Origin: a virus | Taxonomy: Duplodnaviria > Caudoviricetes | IMG/VR virus record: IMGVR_UViG_3300048886_001243 | Coordinates: 1-29,905 of that record | Reading direction: 5' to 3' (one strand) | DNA length: 29,905 bases | In this document: one piece after another, positions 16,956-25,385 of the stretch | Position numbering within the stretch: the first letter of the stretch is position 1 | Layout: the number at the start of each line of letters is the position of its first letter | The notes under the pieces: model-generated | The model's database searches: none | What the model saw: only the letters and a program-made list of their open reading frames with translations | What the model was told of the DNA's origin: nothing | Translations under genes and position numbers: made by a program

Positions 16956-17515
16956 TGTATAAAGTGATTCTTTCTGATCCTCCATGGAATTTCAAAGTTC
17001 GGTCTGAAAAGGGCATGGGGAAGTCCGCGGAAAATCATTATGATACCATGAGTTTGGATGATATCAAAGCAATTCCAGTAAATGATTGGGCTGACGAATC
17101 GTGTGTTTTATTGATGTGGACCACTGATCCTTTCCTTGAAGAAAGTTTCAATGTCATAAAATCTTGGGGGTTCACATATCGTACCATGGGATTTGTCTGG
17201 GCAAAAACAAATAGATGTTCACCAGGATATTTCATGGGTATGGGGTATTATACGAGATCAAATCCTGAATATTGTCTCTTAGCAGCCCGGGGTACTCCTA
17301 AACGTAAAGCCCGTAATATTCGAAAATTGGTAGTTGATCCCATTAGAGAACATAGCCGAAAGCCTGATAGAATATATCAGGATATTGAAGACTTATTTGA
17401 TGGTCCTTATTTAGAAATGTTTGCTAGAACAAGTCGTCCTGGATGGAAACAGTGGGGTAATGAAACAATGAAATTCGATAGTTCACCCTCTGCGAGCCAC
17501 CTATTTAAAACTTGA
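16952..17515 (+). CDS. MT-A70-family N6-adenine methyltransferase
   Basis: ILSDPPW catalytic motif, HYDTM, LLMWT, WGFTY, GMGYYTRSNPE, HSRKP, LEMFAR, WGNE. Confidence 0.92.
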   Translation: MMYKVILSDPPWNFKVRSEKGMGKSAENHYDTMSLDDIKAIPVNDWADESCVLLMWTTDPFLEESFNVIKSWGFTYRTMGFVWAKTNRCSPGYFMGMGYYTRSNPEYCLLAARGTPKRKARNIRKLVVDPIREHSRKPDRIYQDIEDLFDGPYLEMFARTSRPGWKQWGNETMKFDSSPSASHLFKT

Positions 17516-17540
17516 CATACCTAAGGAAATGTGATACCAT
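17512..17540 (+). promoter_or_regulatory. Sigma70-like promoter, same type as the one at 10695
   Basis: TTGACA-N17-TACCAT; shares CTTGACATA and ATGTGATACCAT with the promoter at 10694-10723. Confidence 0.65.
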
Positions 17541-17772
17541 GGATAATAATGAAAAACTCACACGTTGGGGAGTAAGAGTACCCTTTCCTGATGGTGATTG
17601 GATTTGGGTATGTGAGGAAGATAGAATTGAAAATTTCGATGAGAATACTTTACCAGAAATGGTTATAAAGACGTTTGATACCAGAGAACAAGCCGATGCA
17701 TTCGGTAAGATATACAAGAAACACCGTGTGGAGATTTATGATGATAGAGCTAGAACTACTGGACAAGAATGA
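17539..17772 (+). CDS. Hypothetical protein (77 aa)
   Basis: AAGGAAA upstream of MDNNEKLTRWGVRV; contains FDTREQA, a pattern common in small phage proteins. Confidence 0.65.
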   Translation: MDNNEKLTRWGVRVPFPDGDWIWVCEEDRIENFDENTLPEMVIKTFDTREQADAFGKIYKKHRVEIYDDRARTTGQE

Positions 17773-18430
17773 TCCAAAGTTACTTGAGGTAGCTGAACCA
17801 TTCAATTTCGATGACCCCCAGGAAGACCCAGAAGACCTATTTGATAGCCTGGTTAGTTTCATGGTTGAACACCGTGGAATTGGGCTTGCGGCTCCACAAG
17901 TAGGATTGCCATATCGGGTATTTGTCATGGGTAATCCTGATGAACCAGAAATGATCATCCCTGTTTTCAATCCCAGAATTACAGATTTCAGTGATCAAAA
18001 GGGTGTTTATAAAGAGGGGTGTTTGTCGTTTCCTAATTTCCAGGCAGTAGTCAAACGCCCAATGGATATTCGTGTTCGTTATACGACCTGGCAGAACGTC
18101 ACCGACGCTATTAAATTTGAAGGTATTTCCGCTCGTATTTTCCAGCATGAGTTTGATCACCTTGAAGGTATCTTGTTTACTACTTTGGTATCTCGTTTCC
18201 ACATGGAACGTGCCAAGAAGGATGCGAGAAATTTTGCCCGAAAGAAAAAGGCACTAGTGCGAAGGCAGAAAGCGGTCGGTGAGGAAGCGACTATAACTAT
18301 AGGCAGAGATGTTGATGCCTTGAATGTGGTCAACATGAATCGCATGGCACATGGAATGCCAGAAGTTGAGGAGTTAGTTTATGGACGAGCAGACAATCCG
18401 GGACCTCTCAGAAACATTCGATCAAATTGA
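17738..18430 (+). CDS. def: Peptide deformylase with a C-terminal extension
   Basis: All three PDF motifs: GIGLAAPQVG, EGCLS, QHEFDHLEG. GGAG RBS before the ATG at 17738. Confidence 0.95.
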   Translation: MMIELELLDKNDPKLLEVAEPFNFDDPQEDPEDLFDSLVSFMVEHRGIGLAAPQVGLPYRVFVMGNPDEPEMIIPVFNPRITDFSDQKGVYKEGCLSFPNFQAVVKRPMDIRVRYTTWQNVTDAIKFEGISARIFQHEFDHLEGILFTTLVSRFHMERAKKDARNFARKKKALVRRQKAVGEEATITIGRDVDALNVVNMNRMAHGMPEVEELVYGRADNPGPLRNIRSN

Positions 18431-18596
18431 GAAATGGGTAAAGATGAAACCAGGAACTGATTCCTGGTGGGTTCCTAAAATGCGTGAATTGAAGGAGAAA
18501 ATAGACAATGAGAAACATCGTATTAGTGACCGGCGGCTTCGATCCCATACACTCAGGACACCTAGAGTTTTTCAAAGCCGCCGCCGAACTTGGTGA
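18381..18596 (+). CDS. Small hypothetical protein overlapping both neighbours
   Basis: Strong GAGGAG RBS before MDEQTIRDLSETFDQIEKW. Confidence 0.5.
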   Translation: MDEQTIRDLSETFDQIEKWVKMKPGTDSWWVPKMRELKEKIDNEKHRISDRRLRSHTLRTPRVFQSRRRTW

Positions 18597-19290
18597 TGTT
18601 CTAGTCGTTGGTGTGAATAGTGACGAATGGTTGACTAGAAAGAAAGGACGTCCATTCCAATTCTGGGATGAACGAGTTGAAATCATTGACAGTCTGAGAA
18701 TGGTTTCATCGGTCATTGATTTTGACGATACGGATGATACTGCCGTGGATGCGATTAACCGAGTACATACCATCTATCCTCAAGATCGAATCACCTTTGC
18801 AAATGGCGGGGATAGAACGGCGACAAATATTGCCGAAATGGAAGCGGAATATGAAGCGGACGTTGAATTTGTTTTTGGTATAGGTGGTACTGATAAAAAG
18901 AATAGTTCCAGTTGGATCGTCAATGATTTCCTTGAGGAGACTTCAAAGGTTGGTCGAATTTGGGGAGATTATGCCGTTGTCAAAGCATATGGTGATACTT
19001 GTAAGATCAAAGAATTATCCGTTGAGCCAGGAAGATGTCTCAGTAACCAGCGACATTTCAAACGCGAAGAGGTTTGGTTTGTATTGGACGGCAAGGGCAA
19101 AGTGATCATACAGGAAGCTGGTGACACCGATGGAGCCGCTGTTTCTGTCCGAACACTCGAAAAGGGCGACGTTACTTTAATTGAAAAGGTGCAATGGCAT
19201 CAATTGATTAACGCTGGTCCTAAACCATTGCGTATCATTGAAATCCAACATGGTAATGCCTGTTTGGAAGAGGACATTGAAAGAAAATGA
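18508..19290 (+). CDS. Cytidylyl/adenylyltransferase (RfaE/TagD-like) fused to a cupin (type II mannose-6-phosphate isomerase-like)
   Basis: TGGFDPIHSGH (HxGH), VGVNSDEWL, FANGGDR; then RIWGDY, LSNQRHFKREEVW, WHQL, IIEIQHG, EEDIER. Confidence 0.9.
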   Translation: MRNIVLVTGGFDPIHSGHLEFFKAAAELGDVLVVGVNSDEWLTRKKGRPFQFWDERVEIIDSLRMVSSVIDFDDTDDTAVDAINRVHTIYPQDRITFANGGDRTATNIAEMEAEYEADVEFVFGIGGTDKKNSSSWIVNDFLEETSKVGRIWGDYAVVKAYGDTCKIKELSVEPGRCLSNQRHFKREEVWFVLDGKGKVIIQEAGDTDGAAVSVRTLEKGDVTLIEKVQWHQLINAGPKPLRIIEIQHGNACLEEDIERK

Positions 19291-20663
19291 GCCTATTTGA
19301 TAATGAATATGAAATGATCAACGGGTATCAAATTCTATTGGTACCCAACATTACATACCTTGAGGACATTGACAAAGACTCGTATGTCAAATTCATGTCT
19401 GACATTATCCGTGAGTTGAACAAGATACGGGATGATCTATTTTGGCATGCCGTACTTCCCACGGCGTCCGTGCTTTTGGATTTTCCAAACGTGAAACAAT
19501 ATCACGGGCTCAAAATTCAGAGCTACCCAAACTCCATGCGTGGTGATTTTCATTATCAGGACTGGTTGAACATTCTCGATTGGAAGGGGCAGCATTTTGA
19601 TCTGATCTGGTCCCATCTCCCTGAATGGACCACAAACATTGACAATCTGGTCCATAACGTCACTAATCATGGCGGTACCCCGATCATGGGATATTGTCAC
19701 TGGACAGAGACACCAGAATTTGCGAAGTATGACCGGACATACCTGATGAATAATCTAACCGGTATGCTTCCAATGAAGGTCTGTGGGTACAATACTCAGC
19801 ACCAGATTAACAATATTCTCACAATCGCCCAACAATATTTTTCGCTGCCAGTGATGAATAAACTCCAGAAGATCATGCAGCCTATGTTGATTGGTATCAA
19901 CGATGCAGAGATTCAAGAGGAACCATCTGATCAATATGGTAAGGTCATTGTTTTCAATCACCGCACCCAACAATATAGAGGATGGACAACGTTTCTAGAA
20001 GCCATCAAATTACTCCGTGCGGACCAACAGGATTTCTCCGTATGGGCAAGCTTGGCTGATCCATCTGGTATGCAACAAGCGAAAGAGATTCTAGAAGATA
20101 CGTCATTCATCAATACCACTCCTGCAGATAGTCGAGCCGATTATCTTAACCAATTACGCCATTCTTGCGTCGGGGTATTGTGTGGAAATCGTTGGAGTAT
20201 CTCAGTTCTAGACGGGTTGTCACAGGGGCTGCCATATATACATGAGCCAGTACCTGAAATGGATGAACTGTTTGGGCATAATAAGTTTGAAGCAAATTCG
20301 ACGAACCAGCTATATTTAATGCTCAAAAAATGTTTGAAGGATAACAAACATAGGATGATGAGAGCCCATAAGGCTATTCAGGTTGCTAAGGAAAGTTCTT
20401 GGGGAAGCCGAATTCAAATCATCAATGACCATATTCAGGCATCCATAAATACTGGTAGAGTTTCCTCGGAACGATCTGAGAAACGAGAGGAACTGGTTGA
20501 AGCTGTACGGCACCATAAGAAAGTGACCAAGTCCTTGTTGACGGTAAAGATGGGTTGGGGTAGAGGTATATCCTTTACATCGTATCGTAATTACCTCAGA
20601 GAACATCCACAGATTACGATGACCTTTGATGGAATGCATGAATTTTTTGAGTGGCGAGAATGA
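19287..20663 (+). CDS. GT-B-fold glycosyltransferase-like protein with an extra C-terminal, possibly winged-helix, domain
   Basis: FDLIWSHLPE, YCHW, VIVFNHR, WSISVLDGLSQGLPYI (degenerate GT4 nucleotide-sugar motif), followed by about 65 extra residues. ATGA-coupled on both sides. Confidence 0.75.
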   Translation: MSLFDNEYEMINGYQILLVPNITYLEDIDKDSYVKFMSDIIRELNKIRDDLFWHAVLPTASVLLDFPNVKQYHGLKIQSYPNSMRGDFHYQDWLNILDWKGQHFDLIWSHLPEWTTNIDNLVHNVTNHGGTPIMGYCHWTETPEFAKYDRTYLMNNLTGMLPMKVCGYNTQHQINNILTIAQQYFSLPVMNKLQKIMQPMLIGINDAEIQEEPSDQYGKVIVFNHRTQQYRGWTTFLEAIKLLRADQQDFSVWASLADPSGMQQAKEILEDTSFINTTPADSRADYLNQLRHSCVGVLCGNRWSISVLDGLSQGLPYIHEPVPEMDELFGHNKFEANSTNQLYLMLKKCLKDNKHRMMRAHKAIQVAKESSWGSRIQIINDHIQASINTGRVSSERSEKREELVEAVRHHKKVTKSLLTVKMGWGRGISFTSYRNYLREHPQITMTFDGMHEFFEWRE

Positions 20664-21700
20664 AAATATTACTGCCCTATATCGATCTAAACAACCATTC
20701 GATAAATCATCCACAAGTAACCGGAGGTTCAGAATTGTTCTGTAGGCATCTGGTCAATAATTTTGATACCTATATTTCTCAGATACCTATTGAGGCCCTG
20801 AATTACAACCTCAAAGAAAAGAATGCGATTGTCCAAAGAATCATTGAGGAAGCTATAACCTTCGACGTGGACATAATCGTATCCAATTTCTCAGGATCAA
20901 TCTTTGCCGGGCATGAGATAACGACAAAATCTCCGATCCCCTTGATGGTCATTGAGCATTGCATTTATCCAATGTTGACGGTAATCGCCAAATGGAACAA
21001 TGTGGTCAATCGTGGTCACTCTGTTTTCTTTGTGTCGAAAGCCCAGGTGATGCGATATCAAAAGATGGCAGACCGTTCTGAACAATCCCTATATACAACA
21101 GGGTATTACATTAGACCGTCGTATTGTCATGGAGAAAAATCTGCCATACAAGATGTTGAATATGATTGCATGACTATTGGTCGTAGTTACAAGGGTAAAG
21201 ACCCATTCAAGCTTCATAGATTTTTGAAGGATACAGACCTACGAAGCCTTGTTATATCGTCAAGAACCGATTATGATGACCAGGCATATTACGAGAAAAA
21301 CAAACATTGGGACCATACCATTTGGGATCAACCGTATGATGTTGTGATGGATACTCTAGGTAAAGCAGCCACGTATTTTTCTACTTGTGAATATGAGACC
21401 TGGGGAATTACAGCTTTGGAAGCCTTGAGTCATGGCGTACCGATCATATTGAGCTCCGATAAGGATATCCCTCATGCGTCTGAAGTTATCGCAGCCAGCC
21501 ATAGACATTACCGAAGTATCCCAAAAGGGTCAGCAAGTGAGTTGATTCAGAGTATCCAAGAGAATGATCTTGACCGTCAAGAGGTTCAAGATATGACTTG
21601 GGAGAAACATAGCGAAAAGAAGTGGAGAGAAAACTTCGAAACCGCGGCCCAAATGACGATTGACAAATTCAACAAACACAATAATTCACTATTTGGTTAA
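20660..21700 (+). CDS. GT4-like (GT-B) glycosyltransferase
   Basis: MKILL...TGGSE, FVSK, IGR...KDP, ETWGITALEALSHGVPII (E-x7-E motif). ATG at 20660 overlaps the previous stop. Confidence 0.88.
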   Translation: MKILLPYIDLNNHSINHPQVTGGSELFCRHLVNNFDTYISQIPIEALNYNLKEKNAIVQRIIEEAITFDVDIIVSNFSGSIFAGHEITTKSPIPLMVIEHCIYPMLTVIAKWNNVVNRGHSVFFVSKAQVMRYQKMADRSEQSLYTTGYYIRPSYCHGEKSAIQDVEYDCMTIGRSYKGKDPFKLHRFLKDTDLRSLVISSRTDYDDQAYYEKNKHWDHTIWDQPYDVVMDTLGKAATYFSTCEYETWGITALEALSHGVPIILSSDKDIPHASEVIAASHRHYRSIPKGSASELIQSIQENDLDRQEVQDMTWEKHSEKKWRENFETAAQMTIDKFNKHNNSLFG

Positions 21701-21704
21701 TGAA

Positions 21705-23009
21705 ATGAGCGAACGACTACCTTACGATGACCAACTGGAAATCATGTTTGAGGAATGGGCTAAGATGGAGGATGAATTATCCCATACTGATCCGATTTCT
21801 GAAGAGGACAAGGATACCGCTCGAATCAGTGAGTTGGTCAAGAACGATTTGAATCAATTCAACCACATGACTGTTGAGGAGTATACCCTTTGGCAGAAAT
21901 GGGAGCAAATCAACCGCGTCTACCCTAGTACCACTTCATTGTTCGGTGATTCTGAGCCAGTCAACAAAGAACAAGCTATGGCTATCCAACGGGTAAAGAG
22001 TAAAATTTGGGTACCAGAAACTCCTGAATCGTATCAGGCTCTAGAGCCTGAACTGGTATATACTCATGAGGAGACAGAGAATTGGAATCCACTCGCCAAT
22101 GACTGGACAACCATGCGCCACTTTATTCATACCCAAATGCATGCCGGTGTCATTGGTCGAGCTATGAATTTCTTGGTTCGTGATAAGGTGACAGGCGGAT
22201 ATCTTGGTGTGATAACTATCTCCGGTGATTTTCTAGATATGACCGCCCGTGATGAAAAGATCGGTTGGACCAGAGAACAACGAACCGCGGAACAAAGAAT
22301 TCAATATACCGCGATTGGTTCAACGATTGTACCTACTCAGCCATTGGGGTTCAATTATGTTGGTGGTAAACTTCTGGCTTTGCTTTGTCTCTCTGATACA
22401 GTTGCAAACAAATGGGAGGAATTGTACGGCAAAAAGCTTATCGGGCTATCCACGACCTCGTTGTATGGTAAGAACAAGCGCGGGCATGGTATGTCGCAAT
22501 ATGACAACCTGAAGTATTGGAAGAAAATGGGTTATTCTAAGGGTAGCGTTTCCTATCAACTCTCTCGACCAGTACGGAAACAAATGCGCCAGTGGCTCCG
22601 TTGGCATCATCCGAGAAAATATTGGGAGTGGCTGATCGCCTCAGATAAGGACGGTAAGCCGTTGAAACGTGACGCGACCAATCGATCAAACCAATATGCA
22701 TACCGGAAGTTGGGTATCTCCGGGAAGATGTTCTCGTCCGCTCATGAACGCGGTATCTATTTTTGCCGGTTGTATGAAAACTCGGATGCTTTTCTTAAGG
22801 ATGAAATCACTGAAAGTGATCTCCGACCTAGGTTCGATAATACCGAGGACGCCCTAGCTGAAATCTGGAAGTCAAAATATGCGTCCCGGCGTATATCCAG
22901 TCTCCAGAAGAATGATCGCGTAAGTAGTGGAACTCTGTTCTATAACGACCTGATGGGTGTTCCCTGGGAAGAGGCGAAAGACAAATATCTTAGCCAAGTC
23001 GGTCGCTAG
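21705..23009 (+). CDS. DUF4338 / Druantia DruA-like protein
   Basis: GRAMNFLVRD..TG.YLGVI, RDEKIGW, PLGFNYVGGKLLA, TTSLYG, SQY, MGYSKG resemble the DruA/DUF4338 conserved blocks as recalled, not searched. Start placed at MSERL (21705). Confidence 0.75.
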   Translation: MSERLPYDDQLEIMFEEWAKMEDELSHTDPISEEDKDTARISELVKNDLNQFNHMTVEEYTLWQKWEQINRVYPSTTSLFGDSEPVNKEQAMAIQRVKSKIWVPETPESYQALEPELVYTHEETENWNPLANDWTTMRHFIHTQMHAGVIGRAMNFLVRDKVTGGYLGVITISGDFLDMTARDEKIGWTREQRTAEQRIQYTAIGSTIVPTQPLGFNYVGGKLLALLCLSDTVANKWEELYGKKLIGLSTTSLYGKNKRGHGMSQYDNLKYWKKMGYSKGSVSYQLSRPVRKQMRQWLRWHHPRKYWEWLIASDKDGKPLKRDATNRSNQYAYRKLGISGKMFSSAHERGIYFCRLYENSDAFLKDEITESDLRPRFDNTEDALAEIWKSKYASRRISSLQKNDRVSSGTLFYNDLMGVPWEEAKDKYLSQVGR

Positions 23010-23060
23010 GTCGCACAGTAGGTTGCATAAGAAAAACGCAATTCAACCACGAAAAGTTCA

Positions 23061-23098
23061 TTTTAGGGGTTGACTTTAGCCCCGCTATCCCTTATACT
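23061..23098 (+). promoter_or_regulatory. Strong early promoter, TTTAGGGGTTGAC class (leaderless transcript)
   Basis: TTTTAGGGG-TTGACT-N17-TATACT, with the ATG 7 nt downstream at 23106. Confidence 0.85.
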
Positions 23099-23105
23099 CC
23101 AAACC

Positions 23106-25307
23106 ATGATGAAACGTAAAAACGTTGACGGAGCCAAAAGCCAGCTTGCCAAGCTGATGGCTACCGAGAATATCGCCGTCGAGCATTCCGCTTGCCAACG
23201 GACCGCTTCCTTTAACCCCGCAAATCGGGTTCTGACTTTGCCCATCCTGAAGGATGGATTGTCCAATGACGTTTATGACCTGTTCGTAGGTCATGAGGTC
23301 GGGCATGCATTGTGGACCCCAGGCGCTGGTTGGAAGAAAGTGGTCCATGATTCGAAGGGTCCTCGCTTTACCGATTTCGTCAATGTGACCGAGGATGCTC
23401 GCATTGAGAAATTGATCAAGCGGCGGTTTCCTGGTATTCGCCGTTCGTTTTACCAGGCTTACAAGGAACTGACAGATTCGAATTTTTTCGGTACCAAGGG
23501 TCGTGACCTGAATGGGTTGAACCTGATTGACCGTTTGAATGTTCATGCCAAGGGCGGTACCCAAGCAATGGTATCGTTCACGCCCAGCGAACAGGTCTGG
23601 GTAGACCGTCTTGAAGCCTTGGAGACTTGGGTTGAAGCCGTTCAGTTAGCCGAAGACCTTTTCACCCAGTGCAAACAGGATATGGCTTCTACGACCCAGT
23701 CCTTCACTCTGAAAAATGAGGCTGAGCCGCAGCCGTCGGATGACGATGATGATTCGGATGGTGAGGGTGACCAAGCCCAACAGGTCGAGGGCGATCCTGA
23801 TGACCAAGCCGAGCAAGATGATGCCGACTCTGGTGACCAAGAGGGCGATTCTGAGGAAGATTCTAAGGGTAAGTCTGGTAAAGACGACTCTGAGGAAGAC
23901 GGCGAAGATGGTGCCGACGGTTCGTCCGGTACCGATGATCCCGCTGAAGGCGACAACGACTCTGAGGAAGACGGAAACGATCCTAGTGGGAATTCTGCCG
24001 GCCATGGTAGCGAATTAGACAATATCCCTGACCCTGAGGTTTCTACTGAGGAAGCTTCCGAGCGTGCCAAAGAGTCTTTGGTCGATCCGTATGCCCCTAC
24101 CAAGTATTATAAGGATGTGCCTGAAGCGATCCTGAGTGCCTTGATTCGTCCCTGGAAGACGGTCATGAGTGACCTCCAGACCCAGTATTCAATATTTGAT
24201 GATTGGGCTGAAAAGTCCAAGAGTGATTTTGCCAAGTTCAAGCGGGATAACTCTAAGGTCGTCGCATACCTTGCCAAGGAATTCGAAATGCGGAAAGCCG
24301 CCGACCAATATCAGCGCACCAACGTTTCCAAGAAAGGTTCGCTCGACCCCCTGAAGATTCACAGCTATTCCTTCAACGAGGATATTTTTAAGCGGGTCGC
24401 GACCGTAACCGGTGGCAAGAACCACGGCTTGGTGATGTATGTCGATTGGTCTGGCTCTATGGCCAGTAGCCTGTTGGGCACCATCGAGCAGGTGTTGAAC
24501 CTCGTATTGTTTTGCAAGAAAGTTGGTATCCCTTTCCGGGTTTTTGCCTTCAGTGACAATTACTGTTTCGCTGCCAACCATGTGCGCGGGCAAAAAACAG
24601 TTTCTGTTACCAGCGACCTGCGCTGGATCGAGTTTTTCAGCAACGAAATGCCGAAGGCTGCCTTTCAGAAAGCATGTGAGGCCGTATACTACCTGGCACA
24701 TTCCTTGGATTACAGCCACCGCAATAACGGCACCTATCACAACCCGCGCGATCATAAGTATGATCTTAGTGGCACCCCCTTGGATGCTAGCCTGGCGCTG
24801 ACCCCTGATTTCGTCAATAAGTTTCGGCGCCAGAATCAGCTCCAGATCGTCAATGTGGTATATTTGACCGATGGAAATTCCTCGCCCTGCGTGAGTGATA
24901 ATACGATAGTCACCGATGAATTCCATAACTCTTATGAATTCGAGTATGGTGACCACACCAAGACGTGGATCGAAATTTGTGCCGCTCGTACCAGCGCGAA
25001 CATGATCGGATTTTTCCTGACGGGCATCGGTAACGGTGACCGGGTATGGCGCACCAAGATGGTCGGTACCAAGGGATATCGAAATGGCACCGACGTGGTG
25101 AAGGCTGTAGCGAAAAACGGCGCTGCCATTTCTACCTCGCAGGGTTACAAGGAGTTGTATATCATTTCGAATGAGGACCTGTCGACTGGTAATACCGCCA
25201 TGGATACCAGCGCCTCTGATACGGGCGCCGCCTTCATGGCCGCAGCCAAGAAAAAGCTGACCAATCGGGTCGTGCTTTCGAAATTTATCGACCAAATCAC
25301 GGGATAA
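23106..25307 (+). CDS. cobT: CobT-like protein: HExxH metallopeptidase-like domain, acidic linker and vWA domain
   Basis: HEVGHALWT, NVTEDARIE, a D/E/G/S-rich linker, MIDAS DWSGSM, GTPL, YLTDG. Partner AAA+ gene follows. The track start at 23070 is the -35 box, not a start codon. Confidence 0.85.
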   Translation: MMKRKNVDGAKSQLAKLMATENIAVEHSACQRTASFNPANRVLTLPILKDGLSNDVYDLFVGHEVGHALWTPGAGWKKVVHDSKGPRFTDFVNVTEDARIEKLIKRRFPGIRRSFYQAYKELTDSNFFGTKGRDLNGLNLIDRLNVHAKGGTQAMVSFTPSEQVWVDRLEALETWVEAVQLAEDLFTQCKQDMASTTQSFTLKNEAEPQPSDDDDDSDGEGDQAQQVEGDPDDQAEQDDADSGDQEGDSEEDSKGKSGKDDSEEDGEDGADGSSGTDDPAEGDNDSEEDGNDPSGNSAGHGSELDNIPDPEVSTEEASERAKESLVDPYAPTKYYKDVPEAILSALIRPWKTVMSDLQTQYSIFDDWAEKSKSDFAKFKRDNSKVVAYLAKEFEMRKAADQYQRTNVSKKGSLDPLKIHSYSFNEDIFKRVATVTGGKNHGLVMYVDWSGSMASSLLGTIEQVLNLVLFCKKVGIPFRVFAFSDNYCFAANHVRGQKTVSVTSDLRWIEFFSNEMPKAAFQKACEAVYYLAHSLDYSHRNNGTYHNPRDHKYDLSGTPLDASLALTPDFVNKFRRQNQLQIVNVVYLTDGNSSPCVSDNTIVTDEFHNSYEFEYGDHTKTWIEICAARTSANMIGFFLTGIGNGDRVWRTKMVGTKGYRNGTDVVKAVAKNGAAISTSQGYKELYIISNEDLSTGNTAMDTSASDTGAAFMAAAKKKLTNRVVLSKFIDQITG
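23846..23974 (+). repeat. Short direct repeats in the acidic linker
   Basis: ACGACTCTGAGGAAGACGG at 23884-23902 and 23956-23974, plus a degenerate GATTCTGAGGAAGA copy near 23847 (DSEED three times). Confidence 0.7.
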
Positions 25308-25311
25308 CGCA

Positions 25312-25349
25312 TTTTAGGGGTTGACTCTGACCCCTACCCGTGTTAGGAT
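25312..25349 (+). promoter_or_regulatory. Early promoter, TTTAGGGGTTGAC class
   Basis: TTTTAGGGG-TTGACT-N17-TAGGAT with an extended TGn. Confidence 0.8.
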
Positions 25350-25385
25350 GTGTATACTGAAGAAAACGAGAGAGAGAACCGAGAA

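Noticed and set aside
21705-23009. Complete Druantia defence system
   Set aside because: Only a DruA-like gene is present; no DruE helicase or DruBCD in the window.
23070-23105. ORF-track TTG starts at 23070 and 17512
   Set aside because: Both TTGs are the -35 boxes of promoters; the real starts are downstream ATGs.
23740-24010. Repeats as a CRISPR array or mobile-element ends
   Set aside because: They are in-frame, irregular repeats encoding an acidic linker (DSEED, DQA), with no repeat-spacer periodicity.
24189-25295. 368-aa antisense ORF, and other antisense ORFs over cobT/cobS
   Set aside because: Shadow of a GC-rich gene with clear motifs on the plus strand; no recognisable motifs or expression signals.
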